DNA of 64,000 bases, from IMG/VR virus record IMGVR_UViG_3300025357_000001; one strand, given 5' to 3'. Positions 1-9,142 of this stretch are shown piece after piece (the first letter of the stretch is position 1; each line of letters opens with the position of its first letter). A program made the translations under genes and the position numbers. The DNA comes from an uncultured virus (IMG/VR IMGVR_UViG_3300025357_000001). Its lineage: Duplodnaviria > Heunggongvirae > Uroviricota > Caudoviricetes. The notes beneath the pieces are model-generated. The model was given only the letters and a program-made list of their open reading frames with translations, was not told where the DNA came from and made no database searches.

Positions 1-30
1 AAGGTGTAAACCATCTTTTGAGTATTCCAT
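1..30 (-). CDS. 5' start of probable endolysin (lysozyme), truncated by window edge
   Basis: ATG at 30 overlapping the spanin stop; reads MEYSKDGLHL, resembling N-termini of GH24 phage lysozymes; lysis-cassette context. Confidence 0.55.
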   Translation of the reverse strand, partial: MEYSKDGLHL

Positions 31-467
31 TATTTAGTCCTTAGTGCGTTATATTTTTGTATAACATCGTTACGTTCTATTTCTGAGACGGAGCATTGCT
101 TTGCAAGCTCGACAAGAACTTCGACATCTGGTTCAAGTAGTCGGAGTCCTTGACTTGGTATGGCAGCGGCGGTATTTCCGTCTGCTGATACACCGGAGTG
201 GTGCACCCCGCGATACATATCGACAAGAGTATCGTAGCGATTTTGTAGTTCATCTTTGTCTTTCTGGGTTTGTTGGGATATGGTGCCCTGTGCCTCAATC
301 ACACTATTTTCATGCTCAATTGCTTGGGTGTTGACCTTAGCAATCTTAGCCTCGTAATAGTCAGAGGTGGCAAACCAGCCACCATAGCCGCCAAGGAGCA
401 ACGCTCCGGCTACTAGGTAGGCGGTGGTTGAGCCGCCGGTAAAGAGGGACAGGATGTTGCCGAACAT
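30..467 (-). CDS. Rz-like inner-membrane spanin
   Basis: N-terminal TM segment (AYLVAGALLLGGYGGWF), coiled-coil periplasmic region, embedded lipoprotein ORF. Confidence 0.75.
   Translation of the reverse strand: MFGNILSLFTGGSTTAYLVAGALLLGGYGGWFATSDYYEAKIAKVNTQAIEHENSVIEAQGTISQQTQKDKDELQNRYDTLVDMYRGVHHSGVSADGNTAAAIPSQGLRLLEPDVEVLVELAKQCSVSEIERNDVIQKYNALRTK
77..253 (-). CDS. Rz1-like outer-membrane lipoprotein spanin embedded in Rz
   Basis: From internal Met: MNYKIATILLSICIAGC (signal peptide with lipobox), Pro-containing mature part, alternative frame inside Rz. Confidence 0.75.
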   Translation of the reverse strand: MNYKIATILLSICIAGCTTPVYQQTEIPPLPYQVKDSDYLNQMSKFLSSLQSNAPSQK

Positions 468-718
468 TATACCTTAGGTGGTGTGGTGGGTGGGGTTTGT
501 TGTGTGGCCGCTTTGCCAGCGATCACCGCACCACCGCCCGTTAGTGTGGCAGCTAGGCCGATGCCCAACTGGTTAAGGTCTAGCGTTGGGTTATTATAGA
601 CGTGGATAATGGCGCAGATGGCAAACGTTAAGAGTGCCAAGAACGCCATCACTCTGGCGATGCAAAACATTTCGCCACAGTCTTCTGTAAAGATGTCTTT
701 AAAAAATTTACTTACCAT
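467..718 (-). CDS. probable holin
   Basis: 83 aa, two hydrophobic helices, next to spanins and endolysin. Confidence 0.6.
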   Translation of the reverse strand: MVSKFFKDIFTEDCGEMFCIARVMAFLALLTFAICAIIHVYNNPTLDLNQLGIGLAATLTGGGAVIAGKAATQQTPPTTPPKV

Positions 719-1164
719 TTATATCCCCACGTTGCATACCACGCAATAATTGCCGCCACAATAAAACAATATAGCTGCACCTTGCGCACTTCTTTTAAAT
801 CATGCTGGAACGCTTCATTTTCTTTGCGTTCCATGTTTTCAATCTCTAGCTTAATTCGCAATACCGCGTCCCACTCCTTGGCGCCATACTTTTTTATAAA
901 GTCTATCTTTAGTTTGGCCTCCTCGTCGGAGATCTGCTTCTTGTGCTTCCAATCCTCCAACGCCTTGATGATTGCTGTGGCTTTTCTATGTTCAGCTTCA
1001 CGTCTGGCACGGATGCGTTCTTGAGCTTTTTGTTGTGCTACAGCCAAGCCATCTTGCTGTAGGTGTTCGATGTTTTTACCTAGCTGTTTACCAGCTTCTC
1101 TGGATGCGTTTAATGTTCCGCTAAGGGTCTTAGCGCCCTCTGTGATTCCAAATGGATCGGCCAT
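712..1164 (-). CDS. coiled-coil protein with C-terminal TM anchor
   Basis: ORF with C-terminal hydrophobic segment, lysis region. Confidence 0.6.
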   Translation of the reverse strand: MADPFGITEGAKTLSGTLNASREAGKQLGKNIEHLQQDGLAVAQQKAQERIRARREAEHRKATAIIKALEDWKHKKQISDEEAKLKIDFIKKYGAKEWDAVLRIKLEIENMERKENEAFQHDLKEVRKVQLYCFIVAAIIAWYATWGYKW

Positions 1165-1168
1165 ATAT

Positions 1169-1387
1169 TCATGGCTTGGCGATAAAGTAGTGGCTCAAGA
1201 ACCCAATGAAGGAACTGAACGCAGACACAACCATCATGCCCGCCCACATGCCACCCTTGGATTTATTGGCGAGCTCACATAGGAGCTCTACCGATTGTTC
1301 AAGTTTGTCGATCTTCTTTTCAAGTGCGTCAACCGTTGCAACTAGCTGTCCGTACTTAAACATGTCGACGTGATTTTCGTCAGACAT
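1169..1387 (-). CDS. small membrane protein (XhlA/holin-like)
   Basis: coiled coil followed by GG-W and a single TM helix. Confidence 0.5.
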   Translation of the reverse strand: MSDENHVDMFKYGQLVATVDALEKKIDKLEQSVELLCELANKSKGGMWAGMMVVSAFSSFIGFLSHYFIAKP

Positions 1388-1662
1388 TAGTTACTCGCTG
1401 GTGTAGATGCGTCAGGTGTTGTCTCTGGCTCTGGTGCTGGCTCTGGTGCTGGCTCAGGCTCAGGTGCGGGTTCCGGTGTTGGCTCTGGGTCTGTGCCTAC
1501 CACGTTCTGTGCGTGTGCATGACGCGCGGCAGCTTGGTCGATCGCCATCTGGATGATTGGGTTGACGTGTGCCTTTACTTCCTGAACAACAGCGGCAACT
1601 TCTTGCTCTACTACCTCTACAGCCTCGATAGCTTCATCTTTAATTTTGTCAAATAGTTTCAT
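1387..1662 (-). CDS. hypothetical protein with PEPAPE repeats
   Basis: ORF coupled to the next gene; low-complexity Pro/Glu tail. Confidence 0.6.
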   Translation of the reverse strand: MKLFDKIKDEAIEAVEVVEQEVAAVVQEVKAHVNPIIQMAIDQAAARHAHAQNVVGTDPEPTPEPAPEPEPAPEPAPEPETTPDASTPASN

Positions 1663-1668
1663 GTTATA

Positions 1669-1881
1669 TTATCCTAATAGTGCGTTAATTTCAGTTTGGG
1701 TTAGTCCGAGTGCAGTTAGTTTAGCTAGTGCAGAAGCCTTTGCAGTTGCTTGTGCTTGTTCTGCGGCTTGTTGTGCGGCATCAATAGCTTGACCAGCAGT
1801 TATTTCTTCGGCAGTAAATGGTCTTGATGTTTGGCTAGTTTTACCACTAATAACATCTACACTTATTTCAATTTTTTCCAT
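1669..1881 (-). CDS. small tail-fibre chaperone-like protein
   Basis: ends ASALAKLTALGLTQTEINALLG, paralogous to the end of 5122..5364; follows a fibre gene. Confidence 0.55.
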   Translation of the reverse strand: MEKIEISVDVISGKTSQTSRPFTAEEITAGQAIDAAQQAAEQAQATAKASALAKLTALGLTQTEINALLG

Positions 1882-1884
1882 AAT

Positions 1885-2400
1885 TTACTCGTAAATAATA
1901 TTTATTGTTCCAGCAGAAAATGTAGCACTTCCACTTAAGGAGGTAACAACTACTCTATCTAATGCACCGCTTAATGTTGGACTCACACCAGCATTCATTG
2001 ACATACTTGCTCCTGAATTAGTGCCAATTAAACCAATTCCTGACCATGTATTAGAGCTAACTAATGTTAATATTATTGCGCCTGAAACTTGGCTTGATAA
2101 ATTTGTTACAAATCCTGATGTTGAACCTGTATTTCCTGTTCCGCCACTATTAGCGCCAACAGCCGCACATAAATAACCGCTTGTAGAAACTGAACCAGAA
2201 CCAACTTGAACTTGCAAATTTCCACTACTTAAACTTACATTGTTTAATACAACAGTTACTCTTTTTACCCAATTTGGTATGTTTGTAAAAGTAACCGATG
2301 TTCCTGAAGTTGGAGATACAGGAGTTCCAACTTGCAAACCATTGTAAATAGCACCGCTTGGAGCAGTAAATCCTAAAGAACCATCAACGACAGCAGTCAT
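1885..2400 (-). CDS. tail fibre / receptor-binding module
   Basis: Ser/Gly/Thr-rich beta-type sequence in the fibre cluster. Confidence 0.6.
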   Translation of the reverse strand: MTAVVDGSLGFTAPSGAIYNGLQVGTPVSPTSGTSVTFTNIPNWVKRVTVVLNNVSLSSGNLQVQVGSGSVSTSGYLCAAVGANSGGTGNTGSTSGFVTNLSSQVSGAIILTLVSSNTWSGIGLIGTNSGASMSMNAGVSPTLSGALDRVVVTSLSGSATFSAGTINIIYE

Positions 2401-2409
2401 AATATGTCC

Positions 2410-2802
2410 TTAAATAGCCACTAATTCGGCAGTAGTTGTTGCACTAGCAATAGAAGCACGACCAGCAGATAAACTAGCTGTAAAGTCTGCATCGCTAACA
2501 GCATTAGGAATACCAGCTAAAGTATTGAGTTGTCGCTTTTGGGCTTCTTCTACAGCTTTAGCATTAAATTGTGCGAGTTTGATTGCTTTAGCTTTTTCAA
2601 AGTTTACTGATACTGTAGAGCCTGACAATTCCCAAGCATCAAAAAAAGACGAATCTGCACCTTGTGGCAGAGTAGAAGCATCAACAATAATTGCACCAGC
2701 AGGACAATCTTTTGCTAATACTTCATTGATAGGCAATTCGCCTGTTGGAACTGTTACAGATACTCCACCATTGAAGTTTGCATGAATGATTACTTGTGAC
2801 AT
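2410..2802 (-). CDS. tail fibre assembly chaperone-like protein
   Basis: KDCPAG..IVD...LP...FFDAW pattern typical of fibre-associated chaperones. Confidence 0.55.
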   Translation of the reverse strand: MSQVIIHANFNGGVSVTVPTGELPINEVLAKDCPAGAIIVDASTLPQGADSSFFDAWELSGSTVSVNFEKAKAIKLAQFNAKAVEEAQKRQLNTLAGIPNAVSDADFTASLSAGRASIASATTTAELVAI

Positions 2803-2817
2803 TATTTTTCCTTTAAA

Positions 2818-3186
2818 TTATCTAAATACAGATGCAAATACTTGTGGAAGGTTAATTTGTGCTCCATTGGAATCATTTGCTGCAATAAAAAAAGCTGAAG
2901 TTGTTGATGTTGCACAACCTATCCATCTATTTTCACCTGTGCTTGTAGATTGGCAACCACTAACAACAACACTATAATTTGTATTTGCCATTGCATTGGT
3001 CATATTTACTGTATATCTTCCTGTTCCTGTTGCAGTAATACTAGAAACATTGTAAGAGCCATTTATTGTTGAAGTTGAGCCATTAAAATTTACCCAAGCC
3101 TTTGCACTACCATAAATGGCATTATCCATTGCTGTGCTATTACCAGCACCATCTTGTAGAGTATCTGCGACTATTGTTCCTGCCAT
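2818..3186 (-). CDS. short tail fibre / receptor-binding protein
   Basis: AKAWVNFNG...NVSSIT..GTGRYTVN motif; paralog of 3196..3573. Confidence 0.6.
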   Translation of the reverse strand: MAGTIVADTLQDGAGNSTAMDNAIYGSAKAWVNFNGSTSTINGSYNVSSITATGTGRYTVNMTNAMANTNYSVVVSGCQSTSTGENRWIGCATSTTSAFFIAANDSNGAQINLPQVFASVFR

Positions 3187-3195
3187 GATTTATCC

Positions 3196-3573
3196 TTATG
3201 AACTGTGAAACACAAACGAGTTGTAAGTGTTGTCTAACTGGGTGTAAGCGTAGTTTGAAATGTACAATCTAGCACTGTTTACATTGGGAGCAGTTGTCCA
3301 AGGGTATCCCCATGCGCCAACAGTTCCTGTTGTTGTATTTGTTTGTCCAGAAACTGTGTAATAAACATTAGGCATTGCGGTAGTAAAGTTAATTGTGTAG
3401 TCACCTGTAGCGTTACGAGTTACAGAACTCACATTAAACGAGCTATTAACTGTTGCGCCACCGCTTGAACCAGTAAAATTTACCCATGCTTTAGCAATAC
3501 CGCTATAAGCATTATTAGTGCTAAATAGACCTGTATCGGTGTTAATTGTGTTTGCGACTAGAGTGCCAGCCAT
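3196..3573 (-). CDS. short tail fibre / receptor-binding protein
   Basis: AKAWVNF...NVSSVTRNATGDYTINF motif; paralog of 2818..3186. Confidence 0.6.
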   Translation of the reverse strand: MAGTLVANTINTDTGLFSTNNAYSGIAKAWVNFTGSSGGATVNSSFNVSSVTRNATGDYTINFTTAMPNVYYTVSGQTNTTTGTVGAWGYPWTTAPNVNSARLYISNYAYTQLDNTYNSFVFHSS

Positions 3574-3582
3574 AATTTATCC

Positions 3583-3834
3583 TTAAACGATTACCCAGCG
3601 TGAGCCGGTGGGTATAGTGACAACGACACCTGTTGCGACGGTGACCGGTCCGGCAGACATTGCGTTCTGGCCAGAGGTGATGGTGTAGTTGGAGCTAACT
3701 GTCTGCGAGTTCTGGTAAAACACGCCAGAAAGTGCACCTGCTGCGGCCCACGTGCCGTCGCCACGTAGGAAGTTAGATGATGATGGTGTGCCGGTGGCGT
3801 TAAGTAGCCCGACCTGTACTTGGGTGAGTGCCAT
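3583..3834 (-). CDS. small fibre adaptor protein
   Basis: FLRGDGTW and NAMSAGPVTV...GSRWVIV motifs typical of phage fibre clusters. Confidence 0.55.
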   Translation of the reverse strand: MALTQVQVGLLNATGTPSSSNFLRGDGTWAAAGALSGVFYQNSQTVSSNYTITSGQNAMSAGPVTVATGVVVTIPTGSRWVIV

Positions 3835-4025
3835 TATACGTTTCCTTCATCTGCGGGTAGTGGTGTGTTGCCAGCCTCGACCCATTTGAGGTATTGTTGG
3901 TAGTCTGTGTTGTTGGGGTCTGCAGGGATTGCCATATCAGAACCATCAGCATTAATTTTTAAAACACCGCCAAGAATTTTAGTGTTTGTTTTTTCATCTA
4001 AACGATTAATTAATTTATATTGCAT
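3834..4025 (-). CDS. tail fibre assembly chaperone-like protein
   Basis: IPADPNNTDYQQYLKWVEAGNTPLPAD motif. Confidence 0.6.
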   Translation of the reverse strand: MQYKLINRLDEKTNTKILGGVLKINADGSDMAIPADPNNTDYQQYLKWVEAGNTPLPADEGNV

Positions 4026-5125
4026 TATAGCTCCGCACTAAAATTAAAGTTTCCTGCTGGACTCCACATAATTGCCATTCCAGCAGTTGAACCAGTTAAT
4101 GTAATTCCAGAAATAGCACCTTGATAATTTAAATTAAGGTTAAAGTTTCCACTAGCATCATACACAACTATTGGACTTACACCGCCTAAAGTAGTGCTAT
4201 TTGCAGAACTATTTACTTCTGTTCCAGCAAAAGTAACCCTTGTAGTGCCACCATTTGTTATTGAATAAGAAGGCGTTGCTCGCATAGCACAACAAAGTGG
4301 CACATTGAAAAAGGCATTATTAACCGACCTTGTGTTGCCACTAAAACTCATTGCATTTGAAGTTAAACCGCAAGTTTGATAATAGCGTTGGCAAAGGCTC
4401 AATTCGGTACCAATAGAACGGAAGTCGAAGTTTGTTGCTGTGGTGCCAACCTCGAGCTGGACTCCTGTGATGTAGAAGGTTGCGCCGGATGTGCCGACTA
4501 CGGATGTTGCACCTGTGGCTGAAAAATAGTTATTTGCCGACCAACTACCAGCAGTTCCGCTAAATGAAGAACCACACCCTAAACCAAACGCTACTTGAAC
4601 TCCTGTGCCATTATTTGTTACCCATGTTCCGCTTGTTGGGCCAGCAATAGTTATTGAAATTTGCGTCCAAGTGTTTGCTGAAGAAATGGTGTAAGTGAAG
4701 GGATATGCATAAGAAGAACCTTGACCATTATTTAATGCACCACCAAAAATTCCTGTTAATGAAGATTGCACCCAAAATGACAAAGTAACTGTTTTTGCAT
4801 TAGCAGTTCCCCACCCTAAATCTGCAATATTTAATCCTTCAATTCCTTGATAAAACAAAAAGTAATCACCACTTCCTACAGAATATGCAGAAGAAGAAGT
4901 AAAACTTAATGAATTAACAAATCCTGCTGGTGCAGTAGATGATTGATTGGCGGTTCCTTTTGATGATTGTGATGCAGTATAAGACCATCTATCAACGCTA
5001 TATCCACTAGAAGTTACACTTGCACCACGCTGAAAAATTGTCATCGCACCATTAATAATGCGATTCTTGAAGCCTGTCGTGGTGCCGGGGGAGCCTGATG
5101 CGGCTAATATTGCTGCAGTGGTCAT
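4025..5125 (-). CDS. tail fibre protein with carbohydrate-binding-like domain
   Basis: KNRIINGAM..FQRG ... GVQLEVGTTATNF ... ELSLCQRYY hallmark motifs. Confidence 0.7.
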   Translation of the reverse strand: MTTAAILAASGSPGTTTGFKNRIINGAMTIFQRGASVTSSGYSVDRWSYTASQSSKGTANQSSTAPAGFVNSLSFTSSSAYSVGSGDYFLFYQGIEGLNIADLGWGTANAKTVTLSFWVQSSLTGIFGGALNNGQGSSYAYPFTYTISSANTWTQISITIAGPTSGTWVTNNGTGVQVAFGLGCGSSFSGTAGSWSANNYFSATGATSVVGTSGATFYITGVQLEVGTTATNFDFRSIGTELSLCQRYYQTCGLTSNAMSFSGNTRSVNNAFFNVPLCCAMRATPSYSITNGGTTRVTFAGTEVNSSANSTTLGGVSPIVVYDASGNFNLNLNYQGAISGITLTGSTAGMAIMWSPAGNFNFSAEL

Positions 5126-5364
5126 AGGGTGCCTTTCAATGCACTGATTTCGTCATCAGTTAAACCGAGTGTTTTTAACTTAGATAGAGCGGAAGCTAAA
5201 CTTGTTTGTTGTGCTGTTTGCTCTGATTCAAACTCAGCTTCAATAGCGGCTAAATCATATTGAACAACATCTCCGTTCTCGTCGTACGCCACATCGCCAT
5301 TTGTGGTTTTAACTTGTGGGTATAGTTTAAATATCAAGCGAGATAAATTTTTAGGGCTAATCAT
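5122..5364 (-). CDS. small tail-fibre chaperone-like protein
   Basis: ends SALSKLKTLGLTDDEISAL; coupled to a fibre gene. Confidence 0.55.
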   Translation of the reverse strand: MISPKNLSRLIFKLYPQVKTTNGDVAYDENGDVVQYDLAAIEAEFESEQTAQQTSLASALSKLKTLGLTDDEISALKGTL

Positions 5365-6371
5365 CCTGCAATCTCCATTAAAATTATCGTTGATTGTGCA
5401 TTATTTGAAGAAACATAAGTATTGCCACTTGAAGCATATATTTGCAGAGTATATGTACAAGCTGAAGTTGTGGCAGGAGAATCTAAATAGTTTAAGTTAA
5501 TCATGTTATTTATTTCTACTACACTAGCTCCGTTAGCTTGCACATACTCAATTTGAGTAGTAGAGCTATTCCAAGCAATAGCACTTCCGTTTCTAGTTAT
5601 TCTATAGTTACCGCCAGCGCTTGAACCACTACCATTGTAAATAGAACCAGAAGTACAAATTAAAACTAAAATTTTACTTGTGCTTAATTTTGGAGTAATT
5701 GTGCCTGTAAGATTGCTATCTGACCATGCCGCAGAACTTGTAGCATATTGTGTTGAATTTGTGTTTTGAACAACTTGAATAACTGTGCCTGTTGGTGCCC
5801 ATGTTCCGTTAGAACCCATGTTAGCGGCTAAGACAGCACCAGTTGCCAAGTAGGTGTTGTTCACTGCACCAGCGGTTGCTGGTATGGCGTTAATCACTGA
5901 GCTGACTTGGAACGATACTGTGGTAACAATATCGCCGGCAGTTGCTGCAGAGGTTAACGTGACTGTGGTGCCGTTGGTAGCGGTAAAGTCGGCTGCTGCC
6001 AGCTTTACACCATTACGATACACGTCCAGAAAACCAGCCACGTATGATGGTGGTGTGAAGACTGTCTGACCTGCCGTAGCGGTGAACTCGGTAACTGTGC
6101 GGTATGCTGTGGTGGTTACACCAGAGGCAGGGATGCCAAGGTAGCGAACAGAGATGTTACCAGTGCCAGAGGGAGGCGCTGCACTGAAGGTCAGTGTTGT
6201 GCCGTTGACCGAGTAGGTGCTGGGGTCTTGCAAGACACCTGAGACGGCCACGATGGCTGCCGCACCGTTGGCTGGGCTAACTGACATAGTGTAGACCGTC
6301 TGTGAGCCAGTGCCGCTGAACTGGTCAGTGACAAAGGCTGCGGTGATTAGTGGATTGCCGATGTAGCTCAT
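5361..6371 (-). CDS. tail fibre protein
   Basis: MSYIGN N-terminus shared with 7005..8498; GTVIQVV...IILMEIA C-terminal module. Confidence 0.7.
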   Translation of the reverse strand: MSYIGNPLITAAFVTDQFSGTGSQTVYTMSVSPANGAAAIVAVSGVLQDPSTYSVNGTTLTFSAAPPSGTGNISVRYLGIPASGVTTTAYRTVTEFTATAGQTVFTPPSYVAGFLDVYRNGVKLAAADFTATNGTTVTLTSAATAGDIVTTVSFQVSSVINAIPATAGAVNNTYLATGAVLAANMGSNGTWAPTGTVIQVVQNTNSTQYATSSAAWSDSNLTGTITPKLSTSKILVLICTSGSIYNGSGSSAGGNYRITRNGSAIAWNSSTTQIEYVQANGASVVEINNMINLNYLDSPATTSACTYTLQIYASSGNTYVSSNNAQSTIILMEIAG

Positions 6372-6529
6372 TTAAGTTGATCCTCTGTGGGTCTGGCTAA
6401 TGTAGGGTGTTCCCATTTAGCAATGTAATCGCCTTTGCCGTCTGAATCGTTTTGCAAAGTAATAACAGTCATAAAATCTTTATCTTCAAGACTTGGGTAA
6501 ATTGCTTTGATTTTGTCGTATAAAGTCAT
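6368..6529 (-). CDS. XkdW-like fibre chaperone
   Basis: LQNDSDGKGDYIAKWEHPTLARPT motif; likely start at the Met coupled to the upstream stop (6529). Confidence 0.55.
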   Translation of the reverse strand: MTLYDKIKAIYPSLEDKDFMTVITLQNDSDGKGDYIAKWEHPTLARPTEDQLK

Positions 6530-7005
6530 TATGCTGTCCTTATCATTGCGGCTTGAAAATAACATTGATTTGCAGCATTTGACAATGTTTGAGTTGAACC
6601 TGATGCTTGAAGTCCATAAGATTCAATGTAATCAGTTGAACCATTTAGATAAATTAAAGTAGAAATAACTACTTGCCCCAATGATGTTGAACCGCCTTGA
6701 ACTCCTCTTTTAAATTCAGAACCATTTTTGTAAATTGAAACAATAATTGGAGTATTTGCAGAACAAGAAAAAGCAGAACTTACTTGATAATATCCAGCAA
6801 TAGTTGGCTGAAAACGGTAATTTGTTGTTGCATCATAAGCCGAATTTGTATCAAACTCTTTTATATTACAAGTTAATTTAACCCAAGTGCTATTTGGTAG
6901 GCTTGTTGCAACAGATGGGTAAGCACTAAACGCTGGCATATTACCGCTAACCATTACTGTGCCAGTTTGGCCGGTTGATGCGGCGTTGATTTGACTAATA
7001 GCCAT
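6529..7005 (-). CDS. C1q-like domain fibre protein
   Basis: PAFSAY...EFDTNSAYD...RFQPTIAGYYQV...LNGSTDYIE C1q-type pattern. Confidence 0.65.
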   Translation of the reverse strand: MAISQINAASTGQTGTVMVSGNMPAFSAYPSVATSLPNSTWVKLTCNIKEFDTNSAYDATTNYRFQPTIAGYYQVSSAFSCSANTPIIVSIYKNGSEFKRGVQGGSTSLGQVVISTLIYLNGSTDYIESYGLQASGSTQTLSNAANQCYFQAAMIRTA

Positions 7006-8498
7006 TATTTAGCCTCCAGTGCTGCGATGCGTGATTGTAGGGATGTGATGATGGCTTGTTGCTCTTGGATTGCTTTGACAAGAGTTGGAAGAATATCACC
7101 CATTTTTAAGTTCTTTTTATGAATTTCGTTGCCTTCTTCATCTTTTGAATACAGGCAATCCATAACTAACTCAGGTAATACTTCTTCTACTTCTTGAGCA
7201 ATAAATCCAGCTACATTAGTAGCGTCGCCATTAACCCAATCAAATCTGCGTGGCTTTAATGCCATTACTTGTGTAAGACCTGTTTCCAAATCTTTTACAT
7301 TAGTTTTAAGACTTGCATCAGAAATAGCAGAAATAGATGTGGATGTTGAGTGGACTACTCCGTCACAGTTTACATAAAACCTAAAAGAGCTAGTGCCTGT
7401 TGAATATAGACCAATACCAAAATTTGAACCTGATGAAGATGGGCTTACTACAGAAACATATGGTCCTGAGTTATTACCAGCAAGTTTTACACCATTTCCA
7501 GAAGAGTTTGCAGAATCATTTGTACCAACTAATAAATTCCCAAGGCTATCAATACGCATAGCTTCAGTTAAAGAACTTGAAGTTGTTGTATAAAAGCGCA
7601 TAAAAGAAGAGGTCGCATTAGCAGCTTCTGTATTAATTCTTCCCCATACTCCGGCAACGGAGTTTAGTTTTAAGTTCCAAGAAATGGCAGAACCATATCC
7701 ACTGGTATCACTATTAGTAAGGGTTAAACCTCCAGTACTATTAGAATTACTAGAACGAGTTACATCAAGAACATCTGCTGGACTAGTTGTTGCAATACCA
7801 ACATTACCGCTACCTTTAATAACCATTGAAGCAGCATTCTTAGCCTTTGTAAAGCCGTTGGTGTAAAACTGGATGTCGTTAGCTGATCCTGTTGCGTCTG
7901 TGGCGATAACCAAGTTACCAGTACCGGAGCCAGACACGCCAGAGCCGAACAAATAAGCCTCGTTAGGACCAGTGACAGAGTACGCAGCTTGGCTAAACGA
8001 TGGGCCGGTCATACCCATATCCGCCCAACCAGCAGCGTCAGTACCGTTTGATGGGTATGCTGTAAAGTCAGCAGATGAGTTAGCGCCGTTGGTTAGGTTC
8101 TGTACATAAGTCTGCACGTAGTTGTTTGCAGAGCCAGAGGTTCCCAGAATTGGGTTAGTCGCACCACCTAAGGCAGTAGCGTTGTTAATGCTAACATACT
8201 GTGGACCTTGGGTTACAGTGTTCGGACCCAACGCCATGGTTTGTGATGTTGTGGTCAGATAGCGCACATAGATGTTACCAGTACCAGCGGATGGTGCTGA
8301 GGTAAACGTGATCGTATTACCACTGATGTTGTACGCAGTGTTGGGCTGTTGCTCAACGTTATTGATGACTGCCTCAACGTCGTTTACGGAGTTGACTCTG
8401 CGTGATAAGGTAAACGCAGTAGTTGTTCCGTCGCCGTTGAAGTAGTCAGTACCAGAGATAAACGTCTGGGTTTGCGGGTTTGCACCTATATAGGACAT
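7005..8498 (-). CDS. tail fibre/spike with C-terminal intramolecular chaperone (peptidase S74) domain
   Basis: SDASLKTNV ... GFIAQEVEEVLPELV ... LVKAIQE plus terminal coiled coil. Confidence 0.8.
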   Translation of the reverse strand: MSYIGANPQTQTFISGTDYFNGDGTTTAFTLSRRVNSVNDVEAVINNVEQQPNTAYNISGNTITFTSAPSAGTGNIYVRYLTTTSQTMALGPNTVTQGPQYVSINNATALGGATNPILGTSGSANNYVQTYVQNLTNGANSSADFTAYPSNGTDAAGWADMGMTGPSFSQAAYSVTGPNEAYLFGSGVSGSGTGNLVIATDATGSANDIQFYTNGFTKAKNAASMVIKGSGNVGIATTSPADVLDVTRSSNSNSTGGLTLTNSDTSGYGSAISWNLKLNSVAGVWGRINTEAANATSSFMRFYTTTSSSLTEAMRIDSLGNLLVGTNDSANSSGNGVKLAGNNSGPYVSVVSPSSSGSNFGIGLYSTGTSSFRFYVNCDGVVHSTSTSISAISDASLKTNVKDLETGLTQVMALKPRRFDWVNGDATNVAGFIAQEVEEVLPELVMDCLYSKDEEGNEIHKKNLKMGDILPTLVKAIQEQQAIITSLQSRIAALEAK

Positions 8499-8506
8499 GT
8501 TAATCC

Positions 8507-8836
8507 TTAGCTAATTTGTAGGCAAGATAAAATTGCGTCTGCAGAGGTAGCTGCAGAAGATACCACGGTGAATGCGTCACCTGTGTTCAAAACAATCTTA
8601 CCGTCTGCACCAAACAAAGCCAACGAGCCACCGACAGGAACTGTAGCGTTGTTAACAACGTAGTAGTTAGTTGCGGAGGCTGTGATGTATGCGCTCACAG
8701 TGATCGGGCTAGATGTTGTGTTAGCCAGTGTCAAACCGATAACGGTTGTCTGTGTTGCAGAAGCAGCAGTAACGAGAACTACTGGTGTAGTGCCAACGTT
8801 CTTTGCTACGTATCGTGTAAATGTATTAGTTGCCAT
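8507..8836 (-). CDS. virion structural protein (fibre adaptor)
   Basis: beta-rich 109 aa protein in fibre cluster. Confidence 0.55.
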   Translation of the reverse strand: MATNTFTRYVAKNVGTTPVVLVTAASATQTTVIGLTLANTTSSPITVSAYITASATNYYVVNNATVPVGGSLALFGADGKIVLNTGDAFTVVSSAATSADAILSCLQIS

Positions 8837-8845
8837 TTGGGTTCC

Positions 8846-9142
8846 TTATCCTAATGCGATTGCCATTGCCACCGCAGTACCTGCAGGGTCAACTTGTAAA
8901 TTTGTCTGTGCGCCACTAACTGTAGTAGCTCCTGTACCACCTTGTGCGATTGTTACTGGCAGTGAGATTACTGAAGATTTTGATGCAATAACCTGAACAG
9001 TGCCAGTGTTGTCTTTGTAGTATAGCTTACCGTCGGTAATGTTGATCGCCAACTCACCGTTAACTAAGTTACCAGCTGTTGGTGTATTACTGGCTGTTGA
9101 GCTGTAATACAGCGAGATTGGTGTATATCCTGAAGCTGCCAT
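8846..9142 (-). CDS. short fibre adaptor with Mtd-N-like domain
   Basis: GELAINITDGKLYYKD; ends AVAMAIALG. Confidence 0.6.
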   Translation of the reverse strand: MAASGYTPISLYYSSTASNTPTAGNLVNGELAINITDGKLYYKDNTGTVQVIASKSSVISLPVTIAQGGTGATTVSGAQTNLQVDPAGTAVAMAIALG